Source: Arthrobacter sp. StoSoilA2 (GTDB lineage: Bacteria > Actinomycetota > Actinomycetes > Actinomycetales > Micrococcaceae). Taken from it: a DNA stretch of 24,000 bases. The notes under the pieces are model-generated. The model saw only the letters and a program-made list of their open reading frames with translations. It was not told the origin of the DNA and made no database searches. The stretch lies in the NCBI RefSeq assembly GCF_019977195.1, contig NZ_AP024643.1, positions 4,296,887 through 4,320,886 of the forward strand, given 5' to 3'. A program made the translations under genes and the position numbers. Positions 9,094 to 15,524 of the stretch are shown here, in pieces. How positions within the stretch are numbered: the first letter of the stretch is position 1; each line of letters opens with the position of its first letter.

Positions 9094-9582
9094 TCAGGAC
9101 TTCGGCTTTGCCGTCCTGACGGGGTGCTCGCTCAGGATGGACAGGCGGTTGAAGGCGTTGATCCCAATCGCGGCCATGCAGAGAACACTGATTTGCTCGT
9201 CGTTGTAGTGCTCCCGGGCGCGCTCGAAGAGTTCGGGGCTCGGCCGTGACGTGCTCATCCGGGTGATCTGCTCAGTGATTTCCATGGCCACCCGCTCAGC
9301 CGGTTCAAACAACGCCACTTCCTTGTAGACCGCCACCAAGGACAAACGCTGTTCCGTTTCGCCGTACCCCAAGGCCCGGCGATGGTGCAGGTCCAGGCAG
9401 AATGCGCAGCCGTTGATCTGCGACGCAAGGTAGTTCAGAAGTTCGATGGTCCGGCGTGGGACACCTGTACGGTCGGCTTCTCCAACCACCTGTTGGGCAT
9501 AGTGGCTCAGCGTTGCGTACAGCTCGGGCTGTTGCTTATCCAGATAGCCGGCGAGACGTGCTTTTGTTTCCTGTTCAGGCAT
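9094..9582 (-). CDS. Carboxymuconolactone decarboxylase / AhpD-like family protein
   Basis: 162-aa ORF with the AhpD-core CxxC motif in context (INGCAFCLDLHHRRA). Size and helical composition fit the CMD family. Confidence 0.85.
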   Translation of the reverse strand: MPEQETKARLAGYLDKQQPELYATLSHYAQQVVGEADRTGVPRRTIELLNYLASQINGCAFCLDLHHRRALGYGETEQRLSLVAVYKEVALFEPAERVAMEITEQITRMSTSRPSPELFERAREHYNDEQISVLCMAAIGINAFNRLSILSEHPVRTAKPKS

Positions 9583-9911
9583 GCTTGGAGCCTAGCGCAA
9601 CTGGTATGGAGTGCCGGAGTGAGAGGCATCCACCCCCGGAGTAGCACCGGCTCGAAATCAAATAGAGATGGGCGGTGGAAGCCGCATTATCGACATTTTA
9701 TGACCAGTTCATCACAAGCTGGAAATGAGACTTGACTACTAATCGATGCAAATGGAGCACCCACCCAAGGACGCAAATAAATACGCTTCCACTTTCTATT
9801 GCGCCCTCATTCCAACAGTGGTTCACTGAGGCGCAGTGATCCCTGCTGGGGCGGGAGAACTCCCTCTCTGTCCGGCAGGACACACTGTTTTCACTACGCC
9901 GTGGGAACAGA

Positions 9912-11681
9912 ATGTTGATGGAGGGCATCATTGTGAGTGCAGTTTCTTCGTCCCAAAATTTCAACCACGGGTTTCCTACGCCCGGCCCCCAGGATCCTTC
10001 CCCGCAGAAGGTCATGGACCACGTATTTTTCCTCAACCAGGAAGAATGGAAAGACGTCCGCGAAACGGAACAATTCGATCATATTGTCATCGGCAGCGGG
10101 TTCTGCGGGTACGCGTTCGCGGAGAGGACCCTGACCGTTAACCCCCAGGCCAGGATCCTGGTTATTGAGCGGGGTCCGTTCTTCCTGCCCCAGCATTTCC
10201 AGAACCTTCCGTTGCCCTATCGCGAGACCCTGGGCGGACTTTCTGAAACATTCCCATGGAGGCTGGCTGCCGCCACGGCCAACCAACCCGCCGGCAAGAT
10301 CTCCTGGCAGCACGGAATGGTTCCGTTCTATGGTGGCCGCTCCATTATGTGGAGCGCTTGGTGTCCGCGACCTGAAGAGGACGAGATGCGCGGGTGGCCA
10401 CGCGCAGTCATGGATGCCGCAAAAGCGCACTTCACCACTGCAGAGGATCTGCTGAATGTGGTCAGCGCCGACCAAATCGACGCCGGGGCGTCTGCCGACG
10501 TCGTGGATCTCATCAACAACACCCGGCCCGTCTACGGGATCATGCAGAAGGCACTACAGGACCGGCTGGCGGCCGGCTTGCACAAGATTGACTCGGCCAC
10601 CCGCTCCATGCCAGCACCATTGGCAGCAGCTTCGGGCGCGACCTCAGGCATTGACTTCGCCAAATTCTCAACGCCATCGGTGCTGCTTGAACTATCGGAC
10701 AGGCAGCAACGGCTGGCAGCAGCAGGCAAGGGATCCCCGCTCCGCATCGTTACGGACTGCACTGTCAACAGCATCATCCAGCAGGACGGCCGGGCCACAG
10801 CGCTCGATACCAGCCGCGGTGTGGTGAACATCGGAGACGCAAACCTGGTGCTTGCCATGGGCACGTTGCCACCTGCCACCCTGGTCCTCAATTCGTTCCC
10901 CGAAGTGCCTGGAGTCGGTGAGCAGTTCAGCGCCCACTTCATTACGTCCGTCGTTGCCAGGGTCCCCCGCAAGGACTTCGAGTTCAGCGAGGCCCTGGGC
11001 GAGTTGGAACTGGCCGCCATCTACATGGCAGGCATGAGTCCCGCGGGCATGCAGTACCACGTGCAGCTCTCGGTGCTCTCGGATCGGAGCCCGGATAAGA
11101 ACGCCCAGAAGTCCGAGCGTTACGCACCTGACGTCGTTGCCACCGCCTCGCTGGCCCAATTGCAGTCCTCGGAGGACTACCTGGTGTTCGTGTGCGCGGT
11201 ACTGGGCGAGCTGGACATCGATAACCCGGAAAACCACCTGCGCTATTCCGGTGGAGCGGACCCCACCAACAACGTGACTCTTCAGGTCCTGGCCAACTCC
11301 ACGGACGATGCCACATGGGACACCATGGACGAGGGCACTTTCCAGATGTTGGAACGCGTGCTGTCACCCGACGGCGCGGATCATGTTGAGTATTGGCACG
11401 GCGATCCGGACACCGGAACCTGGGGATCGGACCGGCCCGGCATTCCCGAGCGCCGCGTCCCGGGACTCGTGCACGAGAGCTCCAGCCTTCCCATCGGCGA
11501 GGACGAGGACTCCACCGTCGGCACCGACTACCGCCTCAACGGCGTCGAAAATGTCTATGTCGCGGGCGGTTCGCTGTGGCCGACCGGCGGGTCCTGGAAC
11601 CCAACCATGACCATGGTTGCGTTGACGCAGGACCTCGCCGAACGGTTGGAGGCCGACGGCGGCACGGGAGTTGCGCTGTGA
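9912..11681 (+). CDS. FAD-dependent GMC-family oxidoreductase (pyranose/cholesterol-oxidase-like)
   Basis: The N-terminal Rossmann motif is HIVIGSGFCGYAF. The C-terminus (NVYVAGGSLWPTGGSWNPTMTMVALTQDLAERL) matches the conserved GMC C-terminal FAD/substrate block. Start is ambiguous: ATG 9912; GTG 9933, which has the best SD (GGAGGG at 9920-9925); or ATG 10014. Confidence 0.8.
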   Translation: MLMEGIIVSAVSSSQNFNHGFPTPGPQDPSPQKVMDHVFFLNQEEWKDVRETEQFDHIVIGSGFCGYAFAERTLTVNPQARILVIERGPFFLPQHFQNLPLPYRETLGGLSETFPWRLAAATANQPAGKISWQHGMVPFYGGRSIMWSAWCPRPEEDEMRGWPRAVMDAAKAHFTTAEDLLNVVSADQIDAGASADVVDLINNTRPVYGIMQKALQDRLAAGLHKIDSATRSMPAPLAAASGATSGIDFAKFSTPSVLLELSDRQQRLAAAGKGSPLRIVTDCTVNSIIQQDGRATALDTSRGVVNIGDANLVLAMGTLPPATLVLNSFPEVPGVGEQFSAHFITSVVARVPRKDFEFSEALGELELAAIYMAGMSPAGMQYHVQLSVLSDRSPDKNAQKSERYAPDVVATASLAQLQSSEDYLVFVCAVLGELDIDNPENHLRYSGGADPTNNVTLQVLANSTDDATWDTMDEGTFQMLERVLSPDGADHVEYWHGDPDTGTWGSDRPGIPERRVPGLVHESSSLPIGEDEDSTVGTDYRLNGVENVYVAGGSLWPTGGSWNPTMTMVALTQDLAERLEADGGTGVAL

Positions 11682-12082
11682 CCGCGGTTCCGGCCCTGGA
11701 CCCGGCAGTCCTGCCTAACGTGCCGCCGATGACAGTTGCCGACGTCCTGGACAGGCAGGATGGCGTCTTTTGGGTGGTCAAGGACGCCAACTCCGTTTTC
11801 CTGTGGGTGAACCAGAACTTCGCGGACCTCGTGGGGATGACCAAGGACCAGTTGATTGGGCATCAGGACTCGCGGGCAGCCCATGTTGCCCATGACAAGG
11901 AGGTGATGGCCAGCGGAAAACCCCTGCTCAATTTCCACGAAGTCATCGAGGTTCCGTTGAAGGATGGCGGGACGGTGAACGTGGAAATCGTGACCCAGAA
12001 GGGGCTCCTCCGGTCGCTGGACACCGGGGCCATCATCGGGATCACTGTCTGCTTCTCACTTGCGGATCCCCCCAATGACTGA
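11678..12082 (+). CDS. Standalone PAS-domain protein (no output domain)
   Basis: The GTG at 11678 overlaps the GMC stop (GTGA) and has GGGAG 8 nt upstream. An alternative ATG is at 11729. The sequence VFWVVKDANSVFLWVNQNFADLVGMTKDQLIGH...HDKEVMASGKPL...GGTVNVEIVTQKGL...GAIIGITVCF follows the PAS fold pattern. The upstream part of the 11393 ORF is Arg-rich out-of-frame overlap with the GMC gene and is not coding. Confidence 0.7.
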   Translation: MTAVPALDPAVLPNVPPMTVADVLDRQDGVFWVVKDANSVFLWVNQNFADLVGMTKDQLIGHQDSRAAHVAHDKEVMASGKPLLNFHEVIEVPLKDGGTVNVEIVTQKGLLRSLDTGAIIGITVCFSLADPPND

Positions 12083-12662
12083 TGTGGATCTGGCAGGCGG
12101 GAGCCCAGGCATCCACTTCGCCAGCCCGGACGCGGCCAGCCCGAACGCAGCCAGCCCCGACGCGAAGGAGTGGATCAAGCGGTTGGACATGACGCCGTCG
12201 GGCGTTGGCGGCTGGTTCGCGCCGGCAATGGTGAGCGACGAGCTAATCGCCGGGCGGGCATTGCCACCTCGCTTTGGCAGTGACCATCCGCTGTACAGCT
12301 CCAACTGGTACCTGTTGCAGGCGGGCGAAGTCCTCCAGCTGCACACTTTGAAGCAGGACGAGCTGTGGTTCTTCCATCTGGGCACCCCCATTCGGCTGCA
12401 CGTTTTTTCGCAGACAGAGGGGTACTCATCAACGGTCTTCGGTCCGGATCCGGAGTCTGGTGAGATTCTGCATGGCGCGGCGCCGCATTCCACATGGTTC
12501 GGGGCTGAGCTGGCTGGGGACGGGTTTGTCCTGGCGAGCTGCAGCCTGTCCCCCGGCTATGAACCGAGCGATTCCGCGAAGCCCACGAGCGAAGATGTGG
12601 AGGCACTCGTGGCGCAGTTCCCTGGTCAGTCGGAGTTGATCAGGAGGCTCGCGGCCGGCTAA
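12075..12662 (+). CDS. Cupin-fold protein (DUF985-like)
   Basis: The ATG at 12075 overlaps the PAS gene's end (ATGACTGA). The core (WIKRLDMTPSGVGGWF...LYSSNWYLLQAGEVLQLHTLKQDELWFFHLG...GFVLASCSLSPGY) resembles the DUF985 cupin family. The N-terminal 30 aa is a low-complexity ASP(D/N)A repeat. Confidence 0.7.
   Translation: MTDVDLAGGSPGIHFASPDAASPNAASPDAKEWIKRLDMTPSGVGGWFAPAMVSDELIAGRALPPRFGSDHPLYSSNWYLLQAGEVLQLHTLKQDELWFFHLGTPIRLHVFSQTEGYSSTVFGPDPESGEILHGAAPHSTWFGAELAGDGFVLASCSLSPGYEPSDSAKPTSEDVEALVAQFPGQSELIRRLAAG
12120..12164 (+). repeat. In-frame 15-bp tandem repeat x3 inside the cupin N-terminus
   Basis: The three units are GCCAGCCCGGACGCG, GCCAGCCCGAACGCA and GCCAGCCCCGACGCG. They encode ASPDA-ASPNA-ASPDA. 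Confidence 0.9.
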
Positions 12663-12672
12663 CCGCCACTGA

Positions 12673-12703
12673 AGGGTGCGCCCGTATGGGGAGGGCGCAC
12701 CCT
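12673..12703. terminator. GC-rich hairpin between convergent operons (candidate bidirectional, U-tract-less terminator)
   Basis: A-GGGTGCGCCC (12673-12683) pairs perfectly with GGGCGCACCC-T (12693-12703), giving an 11-bp stem and a 9-nt loop. It lies 11 nt after the cupin stop. There is no T-run on either side, which is common in Actinobacteria. Confidence 0.5.
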
Positions 12704-12715
12704 CCAGCGGGGCGT

Positions 12716-12857
12716 GAAGTGAGAGAACATCCGCCCAAAGGCCGCTGGAAGTGAGAGAGCATCCGCCCAAAGACCGCTGGAAGTGAGAGAACATCCGCCC
12801 AAAAGCCGGTGGAAGTGAGAGAAGATCCGCCCAAAAGCCGCTGGAAGTGAGAGAGCA
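12716..12857. repeat. 32-bp direct tandem repeat, 4 full copies plus a 14-nt partial copy
   Basis: Units start at 12716, 12748, 12780, 12812 and 12844 (partial). The consensus is GAAGTGAGAGAACATCCGCCCAAAGGCCGCTG, with 1-3 substitutions per copy. The array ends 2 nt before the stop codon of the minus-strand PLP-enzyme gene. Confidence 0.95.
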
Positions 12858-12859
12858 AG

Positions 12860-13912
12860 CTATTCGGTGGCGTCGCGGGCCAGGTGGATGCCGTTCTCTG
12901 CCAGCCACACCGGGTTGAAGGCCTTGCTCAGGTAGTTCGTTCCGGCGTCGGGCGCTATGGCAACCACCACCGAACCGTGGGGTGCGGCCCGGGCCACGCG
13001 CAGGGCAGCAGCCACCGCGAGTCCGGACGATGGACCCAGCGCCAGCCCTTCTTCGTCAAGGAGCCGATGCACCGTGGAGTAGACCTCGTCGTTGGGGATG
13101 CGCAGGAAACGGTCAACAATGGAGCGGTCAAAGGCCTTGGGCCATTCAGCCTGTGGCCAGGAGTTACCCACGCCGTCCACCAGGATCTCCCCAGGATGGC
13201 CACCACTGTAGGCGGAGCCGTAGGGGTCGGCGCCTATCACTTCAAGATGCCCGCCCGGCCGCGATGCTGCAACCTTCTCTTTCAGGAACCGGCCGTTGCC
13301 GCTAATGGTCCCGCCGGTTCCGATGCCGGCCACGAAATGCGTCACCAGGCCGTGGGTCTGCTCCCAAATCTCGGGCCCGGTAGTTTGGTAGTGCGCGGCA
13401 GGATTGGCAGGGTTGTCGAATTGCATGGGCCGCCACGCACCTGGCGTTTCGGCCGTGATCCGCGCTGCCACAGCGCGGGCGTTCTCCGGCGATTCGGAGG
13501 GCGCGCCCCAGTCCGTCAGCACCACGCGCGCACCATAGCTGTGGAGTGCGGCGAGCTTCTCCTGGGAGATGGTGTCGCCCGTAACCACCACCACGGGGTG
13601 CCCCGTCAGCCGCCCGATGAGCGCCAGCCCGATCCCGGTATTACCGGACGTGCTCTCCACAATGGTTGCGCCCGGCTGTAACTCTCCTGAGCGCTCCGCC
13701 GCCCGGACCATGCTCAGCGCTGTACGGTCCTTGATGGATCCGCCCGGGTTCTCGGACTCAAGCTTGATGTGGATGGTGCTGCCCAATCCACGGCCCAGGG
13801 CTTCCAATTTCACCAGCGGAGTGTTGCCCACTTTATCCAGGACGGAGGCATCCAGGCCATCCGGCAGCCCTGCCGCCGCATGTGCGCCCTGTTTCCTGAT
13901 TGCGGTACTCAC
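12860..13912 (-). CDS. Cysteine synthase / cystathionine beta-synthase-fold PLP-dependent enzyme (no CBS regulatory domains)
   Basis: 350-aa ORF with a PLP-lysine block (NPGGSIKDRTAL), the TSGNTGIGLA asparagine-loop region, a GIGTGGTISG phosphate loop, and a CBS-like VDGVGNSWP...IVDRFLRIPNDE segment. The GTG start overlaps the upstream gene's stop (GTGA at 13909-13912). Confidence 0.85.
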   Translation of the reverse strand: MSTAIRKQGAHAAAGLPDGLDASVLDKVGNTPLVKLEALGRGLGSTIHIKLESENPGGSIKDRTALSMVRAAERSGELQPGATIVESTSGNTGIGLALIGRLTGHPVVVVTGDTISQEKLAALHSYGARVVLTDWGAPSESPENARAVAARITAETPGAWRPMQFDNPANPAAHYQTTGPEIWEQTHGLVTHFVAGIGTGGTISGNGRFLKEKVAASRPGGHLEVIGADPYGSAYSGGHPGEILVDGVGNSWPQAEWPKAFDRSIVDRFLRIPNDEVYSTVHRLLDEEGLALGPSSGLAVAAALRVARAAPHGSVVVAIAPDAGTNYLSKAFNPVWLAENGIHLARDATE

Positions 13913-15522
13913 GTGGTCCCCTCCCTTTGAGCCATCGGCGGCAATTCCAACGCCACCACCTCACGCAATTCACGTCGGGCGCGCTCCACCAGGTCCGGAG
14001 CGGACGGCCGATGCGCCAGGACATCAGCCAGCCGGCCCGCGACGGCGCCGGTCCCCTTCCCAAGCGGTTGGGCGGCCCCCGCTTCGAACAACAGATACGA
14101 CGCCGTCAGAGCCTCAATAGCAAGCAATTTCTCCAAGGCCTCCAAGGACCTTTCAAGTTGCTGCAACGCCAGCGGCGCCAAGGTGGAGTGGTCCTCGACG
14201 TCGGCCGAGAGGGTGGGTGCCCCGAGCGTCGCCGGCGCTGCCAGGAACTTCAGTTCGGACAGCAGTCCTGCTGCGGAGTACCAGAGCAGCCCGGGCAACT
14301 CCTCCTGCACAAGGCCCGCGGCCGGTCCGGACCCGGAGATCGCATTCGACGACGAACCCTCCAGGTGCCCGGCGGCAGCCTCCAGATGTCTGGCCCGGAT
14401 CACCCGCTGTGGCGGATACAGTTTGGCGATGCGCCGCTCGCTGGAAATCCCCACGTGCGCCAACGCAAGCCGCAGGCCCTCAAAGGAAAGAGCCAGCTGC
14501 ATCGGTTGGAAATTCCCTCCGGACACCATTTGCCCGCTTTCAATATCAACCAGGGGGTTGTCGCCACGCCCGTTGAGCTCCACGCTCAACGCAGCGCCGA
14601 GTTGTGAAACCAGGGAGCGAAAAGCGCCATGCGTCTGGGGCGCAGAACGGAATGACAAAGCATCCTGCACCGAGACTTCGGGACGAACGTCCTCCAACCA
14701 CCCGCCGCGCAAAAGGTAACGGACGGCGGCCGCCGAGTCCTTCTGCCCGTCCACCGCCTTGCCCGCTTGGATAGCCGGCGAAAACGGGCTGAGGTTCCCG
14801 CCGCCGTCGTACCTTGCAATGGCTTCAAGCGAGAGGGAAAGCGCGACGTCGGCGAGTTCCGCCAGCTGTTGCAGGCGCACCAAGGCAAGGGTGCCGGCCC
14901 CCACGGAGTAGGCGTTCGCGCTGACCATGGCCAGGGCCTCACCGGGCGCGAGCCGCAGCGGCTGAAGACCGGCGTCGGCGAGCGCTTTCGCCCCGGGTAC
15001 CAGGGTGCCGTTCGCGTCGATGGCTTCACCTTCACCGATGGCGACGGCGGCGACGGCGGCCAGCTGGGTGAGGTCGGAGGAGCCGACTGAGCCTTCGCGC
15101 GGGATGGCGGGAAGAACCCCACGGTTGAGCAGTTCCGCATAGAACTGCGCTGTCTCCGGCCGCACGCCGGAGCCGCCGCGGCTGAAGCCGATGAGCCGGG
15201 CGAGGATCACAGCGCGGGCGGAGGGCCGGTCCAGATGCGCGCCCACGCCGCTGTTGTGGTATCTGACGACTTGGATTTGATAGGCAAGAACCGACTTCTC
15301 CTCCACGGCCGTATCCCGTCCGGATCCGAGGAGGGTGTTCAGGCCGTAGATTCTCTGCCCTGAGTTCGCAGCGCGCTCCAGCACTTCGCGTGATCGGCCG
15401 ATCAAAGACAACGCATCATGGTTGAGTTTCACGTGAAACGCCGGATCCAAGGCAGCGTCCGCTACGCGCACAGGGTCCACCGGCGATGTGCCGATCAAGA
15501 AGGTCCGGGGCTCGGAGGACAT
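13909..15522 (-). CDS. Histidine/aromatic-amino-acid ammonia-lyase family homologue lacking the MIO-forming Ala-Ser-Gly triad
   Basis: 537-aa ORF with clear HAL-family blocks (IYGLNT, LLNRGVLPAIPREGSVG, VQDALSFRSAPQTHG, GDNPLV, SADVEDHS). Where HutH has GSVGASGDLAPLA this protein has GSVGSSDLTQLA, which is one residue shorter and has no Gly. Confidence 0.85.
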   Translation of the reverse strand: MSSEPRTFLIGTSPVDPVRVADAALDPAFHVKLNHDALSLIGRSREVLERAANSGQRIYGLNTLLGSGRDTAVEEKSVLAYQIQVVRYHNSGVGAHLDRPSARAVILARLIGFSRGGSGVRPETAQFYAELLNRGVLPAIPREGSVGSSDLTQLAAVAAVAIGEGEAIDANGTLVPGAKALADAGLQPLRLAPGEALAMVSANAYSVGAGTLALVRLQQLAELADVALSLSLEAIARYDGGGNLSPFSPAIQAGKAVDGQKDSAAAVRYLLRGGWLEDVRPEVSVQDALSFRSAPQTHGAFRSLVSQLGAALSVELNGRGDNPLVDIESGQMVSGGNFQPMQLALSFEGLRLALAHVGISSERRIAKLYPPQRVIRARHLEAAAGHLEGSSSNAISGSGPAAGLVQEELPGLLWYSAAGLLSELKFLAAPATLGAPTLSADVEDHSTLAPLALQQLERSLEALEKLLAIEALTASYLLFEAGAAQPLGKGTGAVAGRLADVLAHRPSAPDLVERARRELREVVALELPPMAQREGTT

Positions 15523-15524
15523 GC

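Noticed and set aside
9067-9120. GTCAGGACG...CGTCCTGAC 9-bp inverted repeat as a second terminator
   Set aside because: The loop is 36 nt and the 3' arm lies inside the CMD coding region (stop at 9094-9096). It may help terminate the minus-strand gene, but support is weak, so it is not listed as a feature.
11393-11677. The upstream 95 codons of the 11393..12082 ORF as part of the PAS protein
   Set aside because: This stretch overlaps the GMC gene out of frame and is extremely Arg-rich. The PAS fold begins after the GTG at 11678, which has its own SD and overlaps the GMC stop.
12716-12857. Possible CRISPR array, given regularly spaced ~32-bp repeats
   Set aside because: The units are directly contiguous with no unique spacers between them, and no cas genes are nearby. 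It is a simple tandem repeat.
12429-12908. Minus-strand ORFs (12429..12908 and 12640..12858) encoding a repetitive SLTSSGFWADLLSLP-type peptide
   Set aside because: The 32-aa peptide periodicity is what reading a 32-bp DNA repeat through all three frames produces. These ORFs overlap the cupin gene and the PLP-enzyme stop, and they have no start context.
12884-13681. 265-aa plus-strand ORF over the PLP-enzyme gene, and the 13900..14607 and 14183..14719 ORFs over the lyase gene
   Set aside because: These are antisense or alternate-frame shadow ORFs with Arg/Pro-rich composition. The minus strand has strong family motifs.
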